NCBI GenBank assembly: GCA_022601335.1
Contig: JAJACV010000053.1
Span: 6,293-70,292, forward strand
Source: Chlamydiota bacterium
Lineage (GTDB): Bacteria; Chlamydiota; Chlamydiia; Chlamydiales; JAAZZY01
Length of the DNA: 64,000 nt
Direction: 5' to 3'
Shown here: positions 9,418 to 17,456 of the stretch, in pieces
How positions within the stretch are numbered: the first letter of the stretch is position 1
How the letters are laid out: the number at the start of each line of letters is the position of its first letter
Program-made: the position numbers and the translations under genes
Notes under the pieces: generated by a model
Databases searched by the model: none
Told to the model about the DNA's origin: nothing
Seen by the model: the letters and a program-made list of their open reading frames with translations, nothing else

Positions 9418-10119
9418 CTAATTGGATGTTAGCTGAGCATTTAAAGAAAGTTGAGGGAGTTTCTTTGAAAGATTGTCCATCAGATTTAAAAAACAATTGT
9501 CAACGGAGCCAAAAGCTGGGAGATCAAACCATACGGGGTGATCTTTATAGTGTTCTTCTAGGTTTTGGAATTCGTTTCGAAATAGATCTAATCTATCTCT
9601 TATGACTGTAGGATTGTCGTCGGATCTAGTAAATAAAGGGTGCTCGCAGTCCTCACAGTGGGTTTCTTTCTTTGAAGGAGCATAATCTACATGATAGATT
9701 TTAGCGCAGGAGTGACAGGTGCGTCTTCCTGATAACCTTTGGATAATAGTTGAGTCATCTAAACAGATATTGAGCAGGTACAGAGTTCGAGGATCTGCTA
9801 CATACTGATCAAGAACTTTAGCCTGATCAAGGGTGCGGGGAAAACCATCTAAGATAAAACCCTCTCTGCAGTCAAAAGATTGAATTCTCATTAGAAGAAG
9901 CTCAAGCATCATCTCATTTGAAACAAGTTTTCCTGCGTTAATGAGTTCTCTAATGGATAAAGCTATTTCAGTGTTTTCTTCTGAAACACGTCGAAGTAAG
10001 TCTCCTGTAGAAATATGGGGTAAGTTTAGAGTCATCGAAAGCTTTTTAGCTTGCGTACCTTTACCAGCTCCAGGAGGGCCAAAAAAGACAAATACGGGAC
10101 AATTAATTTTTTTTTGCAT
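9418..10119 (-). CDS. adk: Adenylate kinase (Zn-lid type)
   Basis: 233 aa. Motifs are FFGPPGAGKGTQAKKL, HISTGDLLRR and ILDGFPRT, with lid CHSC...CEDC. Confidence 0.9.
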   Translation of the reverse strand: MQKKINCPVFVFFGPPGAGKGTQAKKLSMTLNLPHISTGDLLRRVSEENTEIALSIRELINAGKLVSNEMMLELLLMRIQSFDCREGFILDGFPRTLDQAKVLDQYVADPRTLYLLNICLDDSTIIQRLSGRRTCHSCAKIYHVDYAPSKKETHCEDCEHPLFTRSDDNPTVIRDRLDLFRNEFQNLEEHYKDHPVWFDLPAFGSVDNCFLNLMDNLSKKLPQLSLNAQLTSN

Positions 10120-10305
10120 TGAAATCTATAACCTTTAAAACCCTGATAATATCGAGATGAGTGCAAAAATTCAATTATATTCTTATTTCTAGGTTTGATT
10201 GACCCTATGTGTTTTTTATATAAGTTTTTATAGATAAGATAAATACAGTTTAAATCGATAAAGAATATGTTTTTTAGCTGCGGGTAAAAGGATCTTTTTT
10301 TTAAG

Positions 10306-10818
10306 ATGCAGAATATGAGTAAAAGATTTTTTATATTGCTCGGCGGTGCTTTTCTACTGGTGCTCTCAGGGTGTTCTCACTTTACCCCTGAACCCAAAAG
10401 AACGCAGCTTGAAATTCGTCAAATGCAAACACATGTTTACGATATCAAAAGCTTCAAGCTTGTGATGAAAGCAATGCTCAATGTGCTTCAAGATGAAGGC
10501 TTTGTTGTCAAAAATATCCAGCTTAATGTTGGATTCTTAACAGCCACCAAAGAAGTAGATATTGAATCACCTGGGGTGCGTTTTTGGGGAGGTGCTTTTG
10601 CGACCCCGGATCGCTGGATAAAAATGAGTGTCATAGATGTAACGGCAAATGTATCCGAGTTCGGAAGCCGCACCAAAGTAAGAGTTAATTTTCAGATGAA
10701 AAAAATTGATAATTATGGGGCTGTAGTGGGTGTTTACCAAATTCAAGACCCTCAGTTTTATCAGGACTTTTTTGCTAAAGTTAGTAAAAGTATCTTTATC
10801 CAAGAGGAAAAATTATGA
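10306..10818 (+). CDS. Lipoprotein, unknown function
   Basis: 170 aa with a signal peptide and lipobox (LLVLSGC). Overlaps the next lipoprotein gene by 4 nt. Confidence 0.6.
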   Translation: MQNMSKRFFILLGGAFLLVLSGCSHFTPEPKRTQLEIRQMQTHVYDIKSFKLVMKAMLNVLQDEGFVVKNIQLNVGFLTATKEVDIESPGVRFWGGAFATPDRWIKMSVIDVTANVSEFGSRTKVRVNFQMKKIDNYGAVVGVYQIQDPQFYQDFFAKVSKSIFIQEEKL

Positions 10819-11210
10819 GAATTTTTTTATTGCTCCCTATAATCGCTCTTCTCTGTAGTGGTTGTGGACATCGCTATCGAAAAGATCAGGCTAAGAATCC
10901 AAGCCGATTTACTCTCGGTGAAGTGCAACTAAAGATTAAAAAAGGGATGAGCCAAGCGGAAGTAGCTAAGGCGCTAGGGTCTCCTAACATTGTCACCAAA
11001 GATAGTGACGGTCAAGAAGCTTGGGTCTACGATAAAATGAGCCGTAGCGTCGAGTATTACGACAGTAGCGGTGGCTTTTGGGTTCTTATTGTTGGCGGAG
11101 GCGGCACCAGAGGAGGTGCTACGACGACTCAAGACACCTTAACTGTCGTTATCAAGTTTAATGACCGTGATCGTGTTGATAATGTTACGTATCACTCAAG
11201 TCGCTTTTAA
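10815..11210 (+). CDS. Lipoprotein with BamE/SmpA-OmlA-like domain
   Basis: 131 aa with lipobox LLCSGC. Contains LGEVQLKIKKGMSQAEVAKALGSPN...GQEAWVYD, typical of SmpA/OmlA folds. Confidence 0.55.
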   Translation: MRIFLLLPIIALLCSGCGHRYRKDQAKNPSRFTLGEVQLKIKKGMSQAEVAKALGSPNIVTKDSDGQEAWVYDKMSRSVEYYDSSGGFWVLIVGGGGTRGGATTTQDTLTVVIKFNDRDRVDNVTYHSSRF

Positions 11211-11529
11211 GAACGGTGCCAACGATCTTTTCAAGTTCGCCTTGTTCTTGTAGATCCATAATAATGTCACATCCCCCTATAAACTCTCCACCAATGTAGA
11301 GTTGAGGAATGGTTGGCCAATCCGAAAACTCTTTGATTGCTTGTCTTAGGTTATCGTCTTCTAAAACATTACGAGTGACGTAAGGAATCTCTAAGCGGTT
11401 TAAAATTTGAACAACGCGAGCTGAGAACCCACATTGAGGCATTAATTTTGAGCCCTTCATGTATAGGATAATAGGGTTTTCTTTGATTTCTTCTTCTATA
11501 ACTTTTTTAGCTTGTTCTATTTCAGACAT
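11185..11529 (-). CDS. grxD: Grx4-type monothiol glutaredoxin
   Basis: 114 aa with the CGFS active site (PQCGFS), WPTIPQLYIGGEFIGGCDI. Confidence 0.9.
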   Translation of the reverse strand: MSEIEQAKKVIEEEIKENPIILYMKGSKLMPQCGFSARVVQILNRLEIPYVTRNVLEDDNLRQAIKEFSDWPTIPQLYIGGEFIGGCDIIMDLQEQGELEKIVGTVLKSDLSDT

Positions 11530-11819
11530 AGTTTTTCCTTGGGTAACTGATTCCAGGTCTTAAAGGTATATGTTTTGACTTTAAGAGCGTGTAGATAGGA
11601 AGTAAAAGAGTCTTTTAAAGGCTTCATCACTAAGCGGTGTTGTTCTAAGAGAGTTTTACCTTCAAATGAGTCAGAGATAACAATTGCCTCAAGGTGAGTT
11701 TGATCCTGCATGGGGTCAAGTATTTCAATGCGACTATCTTTAAAAGAATTTTCTAAACATTTCTTTACTTGATCTACAACGTTCATAGGCTCCTTATTCA
11801 AAAGAGATATTTTATCCAT
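11517..11819 (-). CDS. BolA-family protein
   Basis: 100 aa. Has a BolA-like pattern (THLEAIVISDSFEGKTLLEQHRLV). Overlaps and precedes the Grx4 gene, which is the classic BolA-Grx pairing. Confidence 0.7.
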   Translation of the reverse strand: MDKISLLNKEPMNVVDQVKKCLENSFKDSRIEILDPMQDQTHLEAIVISDSFEGKTLLEQHRLVMKPLKDSFTSYLHALKVKTYTFKTWNQLPKEKLCLK

Positions 11820-11833
11820 TATTTTTGATTAAA

Positions 11834-12427
11834 TCAAGATGTGTATGGACCTTCAATAAGAATCTCATTGATCGGTCTACGGCTATTAGGATGTTCTTCA
11901 TGAGCTACATCTGAGCGGTTTTTTGGTTTTTTTCCAATAGCGAGCATAGCTTCGACGTGCATTTCACTTGGAATGTTTAAATCTTTTTTTGACTTATCAT
12001 AATCAAATCCTTCCATGGCGTGAATAACGTAATCGCGATGAGCCCCTTCAAGAGCTAGGCTCATCCAGGCTGCCCCTGCATCAAAACTATGAGTAATAGA
12101 AGGCTTTCCATTTCTTTCAAAATGTGTTTTAGAGGTAAGAACGACTAAAAGAGCTGCTTTTTCAGCCCATTCTTGGTTCGCTGGAACCAGTAGATCAAAA
12201 AAAGTTTTCCAGTGAGGAGATGATTTTTTGGCATATAAAAATCTCCAAGGTTGAGCGTTGTATGAAGAGGGGGCCCATCTGGCCGCTTCAAAGAGAGGTA
12301 GAAATTCATCTTCAGACATTTCCTCACCACTCATTATTCTAGGGGACCAACGATTCAATAAAAGATTATGAATAGGGTAGTTTGGGTGTCTATACGGTTC
12401 AACTTCTGGATTTAGATTGTCTGACAT
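11834..12427 (-). CDS. Nitroreductase-family oxidoreductase
   Basis: Start placed at the ATG (rc of 12425-12427), preceded by AGGAGA. Contains RWSPR, APSSYNAQPWRF and a typical fold length. Confidence 0.75.
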   Translation of the reverse strand: MSDNLNPEVEPYRHPNYPIHNLLLNRWSPRIMSGEEMSEDEFLPLFEAARWAPSSYNAQPWRFLYAKKSSPHWKTFFDLLVPANQEWAEKAALLVVLTSKTHFERNGKPSITHSFDAGAAWMSLALEGAHRDYVIHAMEGFDYDKSKKDLNIPSEMHVEAMLAIGKKPKNRSDVAHEEHPNSRRPINEILIEGPYTS

Positions 12428-12493
12428 GAGTTCTCCTAAAACTTTTTTTTTATTGCCTAATGTAATACAATAGATGCTTGAATAAAACAAAAA

Positions 12494-13339
12494 ATGATTA
12501 TGAATGAAATATTAATTAATGCCATTGAATTACTGCAAAAGCAGTTTCCTCAAAACTCTAAATCGTCCCTTCAGAAATGGATTAAGCATGGCCGCATTTA
12601 TTATCTAGGGCGCGTTGTGAAACGAGCTAATCAACCAGTCTCTTCGTCAGGAGAATTAACTCTGAATAAAAAAGAGATTCAACGCTTTTCTTTCCCTGTT
12701 CTCTTTGAGGACGATGATTTAATCGTAGTTAACAAACCCGCTCAACTTCTATCTGTTGCTAGTTTAGATCCTGATGAAAGAAGTGTTCACGAATACCTTA
12801 AAAAAGAATTCAAACCTCAAAAAATTTATCCGGTGCACAGACTTGATAGAGAAGTTTGTGGTCCTCTCATTTTTGCTAAAACAAAAAGAGCTTCAGACGC
12901 TCTAAAAGAAGCTTTTTTTGAACGATGCGTAAAGAGAGAATATAAAGCAATTGTTGAGGGGCTTCTTCAGCCATCAGAAGGTACTTGGGAGAGTTACTTA
13001 GAAGAAAAAGCTAATTACAAAGTCCATGTTACTAAAGATCAAGGAAAGCATGCCGTCACTCATTACACGGTTCTAGATCAAAACAAAGCAGCTTCTTTAA
13101 TCGCGCTGACCCTCGATACTGGACGGAAGAATCAATTGAGGGTACATAGCCAGCAATCAGGACACTCTATTGTAGGTGATGTAAAGTATGGATCCTCTTT
13201 TGAAAGAGGTGCTAAGTTTGCTCTTATGGCTCATAAGCTTGACTTTAAGCATCCATTTACTGAACAAGAGCTCACTTTTGAAGTGGAGCCACCTCCATTT
13301 TTCAAGAAACTTCTTCATGAATTTAAACTCAAATTCTAA
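12494..13339 (+). CDS. RluA-family pseudouridine synthase with N-terminal S4-like domain
   Basis: 281 aa. Contains the catalytic motif HRLDREVCGPLIFAKT and GRKNQLRVH. Confidence 0.85.
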   Translation: MIMNEILINAIELLQKQFPQNSKSSLQKWIKHGRIYYLGRVVKRANQPVSSSGELTLNKKEIQRFSFPVLFEDDDLIVVNKPAQLLSVASLDPDERSVHEYLKKEFKPQKIYPVHRLDREVCGPLIFAKTKRASDALKEAFFERCVKREYKAIVEGLLQPSEGTWESYLEEKANYKVHVTKDQGKHAVTHYTVLDQNKAASLIALTLDTGRKNQLRVHSQQSGHSIVGDVKYGSSFERGAKFALMAHKLDFKHPFTEQELTFEVEPPPFFKKLLHEFKLKF

Positions 13340-13342
13340 AAA

Positions 13343-13370
13343 AAGGAGCTCCAGCTTGAAGCTCCTTTTA
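13343..13370. terminator. Bidirectional hairpin terminator between convergent genes
   Basis: AAGGAGCT (13343-13350) pairs with AGCTCCTT (13360-13367) around a 9-nt loop. It is flanked by an A-run and a T-run. Confidence 0.6.
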
Positions 13371-13377
13371 ATAAGAT

Positions 13378-13767
13378 CTATCTTAAATTGGCCTCAAAAA
13401 CCCCTTTTAAGATAGCATTTGTGTCTGAAAAATCAGTTGAGAATCCAAACTCTCCGCTAAATAATTCAGTAAACTCTGACCAGCTCTCTCCATCTAAGCT
13501 AAACAAAAGATCATTCTCAGAGCACTTTACAAAAAAATCATGAATAATTTTGATAGATCCGACTCTAGAATCTGCTAATTGAAAAACCTCACCTTTGACT
13601 TGAAGATCTATTGGAAAAGAGTCTCCAGCGGAAAATTTTTTCTCTAGCCAAAAGTTTTGAGTGAGATCATTTGTTTTTGAAGCACTTGAATTTGTTTCAA
13701 CGTTTTGTTTGTTTGAAGCACAGGTAGGTGCTGCATAGTTTGTGTTAGAAATTAATAATGTTTGCAT
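13378..13767 (-). CDS. Hypothetical ~130-aa protein, paralogue of 13835..14227
   Basis: 129 aa with a strong RBS (AAGGAGA). Shares IKIIHDFFVKCSENDLLFSLDGESWSEFTELFS with LEIIQDVYIKVINDETVFSIDGENWSDLQDLFS of its neighbour. No signal peptide or TM helix. Confidence 0.7.
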   Translation of the reverse strand: MQTLLISNTNYAAPTCASNKQNVETNSSASKTNDLTQNFWLEKKFSAGDSFPIDLQVKGEVFQLADSRVGSIKIIHDFFVKCSENDLLFSLDGESWSEFTELFSGEFGFSTDFSDTNAILKGVFEANLR

Positions 13768-13777
13768 ACTATTCTCC

Positions 13778-13797
13778 TTACTACATGTGTAGTATTT
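13778..13797 (-). promoter_or_regulatory. BlaI/CopY-type operator candidate (TACA-nn-TGTA dyad)
   Basis: The plus strand reads TTACTACATGTGTAGTATTT, with dyad CTACA-TG-TGTAG. It lies 11-30 nt upstream of the ATG of 13378..13767. It is nearly identical to 15663-15682 upstream of blaI. Confidence 0.55.
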
Positions 13798-13834
13798 AGG
13801 GGGTTAAAAAAAGTAGTTCTATAAGAATTTTTTC

Positions 13835-14227
13835 TTAATTCATGGCGTTTATTTCAAAGTCTAGATTTAATTTAAGGGGTTGGTTATCTTCTGTTACAGG
13901 TAAGTCAAAGTTACATGCGAGAGAGAAGAGATCTTGTAGATCAGACCAGTTTTCTCCATCGATGCTAAAAACGGTTTCATCATTAATGACTTTGATATAG
14001 ACATCCTGAATAATTTCTAAAAGAGCCGGTTGACTAAAGTTAAAAACATTTCCATCAGCTCTAATCTTCAAAACATGAAAACCTTTAGGTAACACAGTAT
14101 GGGTTTTCCTATCTGAAGAAACATAGTCTAAGGGATTAATTTGTTCTTCTCTATCTTGATAGTAATTAACTCTCTCTCTTACGGTTAGTGAAGTCATGGG
14201 TAGTAGAGATGTAGGGGATAGTGTCAT
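13835..14227 (-). CDS. Hypothetical ~130-aa protein, paralogue of 13378..13767
   Basis: 130 aa. Starts 23 nt downstream of the BlaR1-like gene on the same strand. The paralogy motif is described under 13378..13767. Confidence 0.65.
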   Translation of the reverse strand: MTLSPTSLLPMTSLTVRERVNYYQDREEQINPLDYVSSDRKTHTVLPKGFHVLKIRADGNVFNFSQPALLEIIQDVYIKVINDETVFSIDGENWSDLQDLFSLACNFDLPVTEDNQPLKLNLDFEINAMN

Positions 14228-14250
14228 ATAATTTTCTCTTGTTAATGAAG

Positions 14251-15294
14251 TTAAAAATAGCCAATATCACTTCTAAAAAAGCAATAGCTGAAATAAAGTA
14301 ATAGAATAAATGATATAATATCCAGGATAAAATATTTTTTAACTCTTTGCTTTAGTAGAATATTTTTCACTCTCCCTCTTACTTTGTTTTTTATAATAAA
14401 GGGATGAGAAGTTATTGAATTTTGAGTCCTGCGCACTTGAGCTAGTTTGTAAATTGCTTGAGAGAGGTTGAGATTTGTGACATGAGAACGAAGAGCTCTT
14501 TCATCGCATGCTTTTTCTCTCGTTTGACTTAATAAATAAAGAGGTAGTCCTGGTATAAGAGCTTGTATCAATTTTAAGACAGGAGTTGTCCATAAATCAA
14601 ATCGCTCAATATGTGCGAGCTCATGGTAAATGACACTTTCTACTTCATTTAAGGAGAGTCTTTTTCTAATGTGCTTTGGTAAAATAATTTTAGATTTAAA
14701 GAGACCATGAACTAAGGGGGATTGATTTGAATATGTAGACTCTTTGATGGAAACCTTTTTCTCTATAAGCCTCTTTTTTAAAGAATCAGACAATTCACTT
14801 GTGTCAAATTTCACGTGCTCTTTAGATAAAAAGTGGCGCTCTTTAAGACAGTTTTTAAGAAATAAGCCAACTCTTACCAGAGAAAGAATTATCAAAAAAT
14901 AACAAACACAGACAATACAGTAACTTTTCATTGAAGCTGTTATAAGATCAAAAAAAGAGAAAGCGCTCCCAGCTCCTCCCTCTGTTTTAAAACATAAGGA
15001 AACGTTAAATAAGCAGCTTTTTATAATACCGATCCCTAGAGATAGGTTTTTTGAGTTTTTTTCTAATTGATGTAAATGAATTCCTTGATAAATGGACCAG
15101 TCGCGTAAGTTGTATAAGAAGAAATTAAACACAACTTTAGCGACAGGGATCAGTCTAAACAGAAACTTCCAGTTGTGGGATTTTATAGGTAGAACCCACA
15201 GCAAAAGTTCAATTAACAGAAAGAAAATGAAGTAAGTTGTCACACTATTAAAAACGAGATTAGGAATTAGATGGACAAATAGATTATGATTCAT
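14251..15294 (-). CDS. BlaR1-like M56-family membrane metalloprotease without an extracellular sensor domain
   Basis: 347 aa with multiple TM helices and the HExxH motif in YHELAHIERFD. The region after the protease is short and ends in a TM helix. No penicillin-binding or other sensor domain is present. Confidence 0.7.
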   Translation of the reverse strand: MNHNLFVHLIPNLVFNSVTTYFIFFLLIELLLWVLPIKSHNWKFLFRLIPVAKVVFNFFLYNLRDWSIYQGIHLHQLEKNSKNLSLGIGIIKSCLFNVSLCFKTEGGAGSAFSFFDLITASMKSYCIVCVCYFLIILSLVRVGLFLKNCLKERHFLSKEHVKFDTSELSDSLKKRLIEKKVSIKESTYSNQSPLVHGLFKSKIILPKHIRKRLSLNEVESVIYHELAHIERFDLWTTPVLKLIQALIPGLPLYLLSQTREKACDERALRSHVTNLNLSQAIYKLAQVRRTQNSITSHPFIIKNKVRGRVKNILLKQRVKKYFILDIISFILLLYFSYCFFRSDIGYF

Positions 15295-15652
15295 GTTTGT
15301 ACCTTTTGATAATTTTCTCGATTTCTTCTAGTTCCTTTTTAGATATTTTATCCGACGAGTTTATTAAGTATTGGATCATTCCTGAGGTTTGTCCCCCAAA
15401 AAGTTTTTGTTTAATGCGGTTTAGAATAGATAAGTTCTGTTCTTTTTGAGCACTATAGACAAATTGTCTTCCGATTTTAATACGTTTGACCAGTTTTTTT
15501 GAATGCATGCGCGAGAGAACCGTTAAAATAGTTGTGTAGGCGTAAGTATTGTTTAGTTCTTTTTCAAGTTCACTTACAGTGGCTTGTTTGCAAAGTTGGA
15601 GTTTTTGCAAAATAATAAGTTCTAGTTCGCCTGGAGCATTTCTTTTTTTCAT
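15284..15652 (-). CDS. blaI: BlaI/MecI/CopY-family winged-helix repressor
   Basis: Start placed at the ATG (rc of 15650-15652). The product begins MKKRNAPGELELIILQKL... and includes TVLSRMHSKKLV. It has no C-terminal Cys metal site, so it is the BlaI type rather than CopY. Overlaps the M56 gene by 11 nt. Confidence 0.8.
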   Translation of the reverse strand: MKKRNAPGELELIILQKLQLCKQATVSELEKELNNTYAYTTILTVLSRMHSKKLVKRIKIGRQFVYSAQKEQNLSILNRIKQKLFGGQTSGMIQYLINSSDKISKKELEEIEKIIKRYKHES

Positions 15653-15662
15653 GCGCAATATC

Positions 15663-15682
15663 TTACTACGTTTGTAGTATTT
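15663..15682 (-). promoter_or_regulatory. BlaI-type operator candidate upstream of blaI
   Basis: TTACTACGTTTGTAGTATTT lies 11-30 nt upstream of the blaI ATG. This is the same spacing as the copy at 13778-13797. Similarity between the two copies extends over about 33 nt. Confidence 0.55.
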
Positions 15683-15848
15683 CAGGCAAGCGCTTTTGCT
15701 TTTAGTTATTTTTGATATGTTATAAAGATTCCTTTTGAAAGTGATGATTCACACTTATTTAAAGAAGCTCATTAAGATAAAAAGAAAGAGTCTGTGCTAT
15801 ACAGGCTTCAAATGCCGGTTGTCCAAGGATTGTCTAGAGAAGAGTCCC

Positions 15849-16211
15849 TTACATTTTTTTTTCAGAAGATTGTCTTTTAGGCATTCTCAACAGTAGAAAA
15901 AGAGCCATAGAAAAGCTTACAATAATCATCGGAATGGCAGGCATCGCTTTTTGTGTTGTCTGGTATCTATATACAAAAAAAGATCCTAAGATAATTGCTT
16001 GAATTAAAGCGAGCTGTTGCCCTTTAGGGTTTCCTTTCAACATTTTAATGCCGTTAAAGGCTATTAAAACGCCAAATGTAACTCCTGCAATAAGAGAGGG
16101 GATGCTACCTGCAATAAAGCAGCCTAACATTCCACCTAGAAGAACGAGGGTTGCATAGGCTAAAACGACTTTGGCTGATGTTTTCATAAAATTCCTGGGG
16201 TTAATCTTCAC
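15849..16211 (-). CDS. TMEM14/UPF0136-family small membrane protein
   Basis: 120 aa with four hydrophobic helices and a Gly-rich pattern (LLGGMLGCFIAGSIPSLIAGVTFGVL). The start may be the internal Met at 16187. Confidence 0.55.
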   Translation of the reverse strand: MKINPRNFMKTSAKVVLAYATLVLLGGMLGCFIAGSIPSLIAGVTFGVLIAFNGIKMLKGNPKGQQLALIQAIILGSFFVYRYQTTQKAMPAIPMIIVSFSMALFLLLRMPKRQSSEKKM

Positions 16212-16467
16212 TTGGGTTGGTTACTAAAGAGATAGAGTGAATGGCGGTTTTTAAGTGAGGTTTTAAAAGCTCAAAAACCATGCGGTGCTGCTCTACTTGA
16301 GATTTGTCCTTAAAAAGGTTGGAGTGAATTTGAATTTTAAGATGAGCTTTACCAGCTTGGTGTCCTGGGTGGTTTTTATGCAAATGTGTTTTGTCTTCGA
16401 TAATTAATTTTGAGGGGTTTAGTCTTTCTATTAAAAGCTCTTCTATCTCATCTATCCAATTACTCAT
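16201..16467 (-). CDS. BolA/YrbA-family protein (second copy)
   Basis: 88 aa. Contains HKNHPGH..GKAHLKIQIHSNLFKDKSQVEQHRMVFELL. Confidence 0.75.
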   Translation of the reverse strand: MSNWIDEIEELLIERLNPSKLIIEDKTHLHKNHPGHQAGKAHLKIQIHSNLFKDKSQVEQHRMVFELLKPHLKTAIHSISLVTNPSED

Positions 16468-16527
16468 ATCTTTCCTTGATTATTCTTATAAAAAGTGTAT
16501 AAAAAAACTAAAAGGAGGTTTCATCCT

Positions 16528-16842
16528 ATGTCTTCACAAGAGCCCTGCCCAGATAAACTAGAACGTCTTTTAGAAGAATATTCTTTAAAGTTAGATCATT
16601 TTGAGAGTAAATACAATCCTTTTTTTAAAGAAGTGGGTGTTCAGCTAAAAGAAAAAGTAGATCATTTGAGAGAACGCATTGAAAGGTATGCTAAGTATCA
16701 TGGAAATCATCAATTAAAACATCTAATAGAGTCAAAAAGCGCTAAAGATGAGATAGATGCAGTTCATATGGAAGTTGAAACGCTGAAATCCAAAATGAAA
16801 GAGATGGATCGCTTGCATAAGTTAAATGAGAATATATCTTAA
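16528..16842 (+). CDS. Hypothetical coiled-coil protein
   Basis: The ATG at 16528 is preceded by AAAGGAGG. The sequence is charged with heptad character. The track ORF begins 33 nt earlier at a non-ATG codon. Confidence 0.5.
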   Translation: MSSQEPCPDKLERLLEEYSLKLDHFESKYNPFFKEVGVQLKEKVDHLRERIERYAKYHGNHQLKHLIESKSAKDEIDAVHMEVETLKSKMKEMDRLHKLNENIS

Positions 16843-16883
16843 AAAAGCTTGAAACTTTATTTGAAGTTCTTTTTCATGGTCTC

Positions 16884-17384
16884 ATGAATGATTCTTTGAA
16901 AATGTTTGATGCACCAAGAGTTATGAGCCCTCCTAAACAGAAAGTACCAGGGTGGGTGCGTTGGCCCCTGCGTATTTTAGCTTACCCAATTATGATTTTG
17001 GATGTCTATTCCCAGAAGTTTGTTTATCTTCTGTTTAAACCTAAATATAAAATTGAAGGCGATTGTAAACAAAGAGGCAATTGTTGCCACTTTATTCATA
17101 TGGGCTGGCCTAAGAAGGGAAAACTATCTCTTTTTTCAAAACTCTACATTTTCTGGCAAACTGAAATACTAGGCTTTTACTTTAGAAGTTTTGATTTTAT
17201 TGAAGATGAAGAGTTGACTCGGGTGATGAGTTGCAGGTATTTAGGCTCAAATGGGAAATGTAATCATTACGGTCTGAGACCCGGTATTTGTAGAGATTGG
17301 CCTAAAACACATCTTTTGAGAAAACCACATTTACTCAAAGGATGTGGTTTTAAAGTTGTCCTACGCAAAAAAAATAAGCTTTAA
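16884..17384 (+). CDS. YkgJ/UPF0153-type cysteine-cluster protein
   Basis: 166 aa. Contains CKQRGNCCHF and CNHYGLRPGICRDWP, the CxxCxxCC-family pattern. Confidence 0.55.
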   Translation: MNDSLKMFDAPRVMSPPKQKVPGWVRWPLRILAYPIMILDVYSQKFVYLLFKPKYKIEGDCKQRGNCCHFIHMGWPKKGKLSLFSKLYIFWQTEILGFYFRSFDFIEDEELTRVMSCRYLGSNGKCNHYGLRPGICRDWPKTHLLRKPHLLKGCGFKVVLRKKNKL

Positions 17385-17456
17385 GAAGAAAGAATCTCAT
17401 TTTTCATTTCATAAATTACCTTCCTTGCGTTATCAGAAAAATTAAGTGAGGTAGGT

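Noticed and set aside
9410-9496. 29-codon N-terminal extension of the second adenylate kinase (track ORF 8657..9496).
   Set aside because: It would overlap the 3' end of the upstream adk by 79 nt. The ATG at 9409 has an AGGAG RBS and yields a canonical signal peptide.
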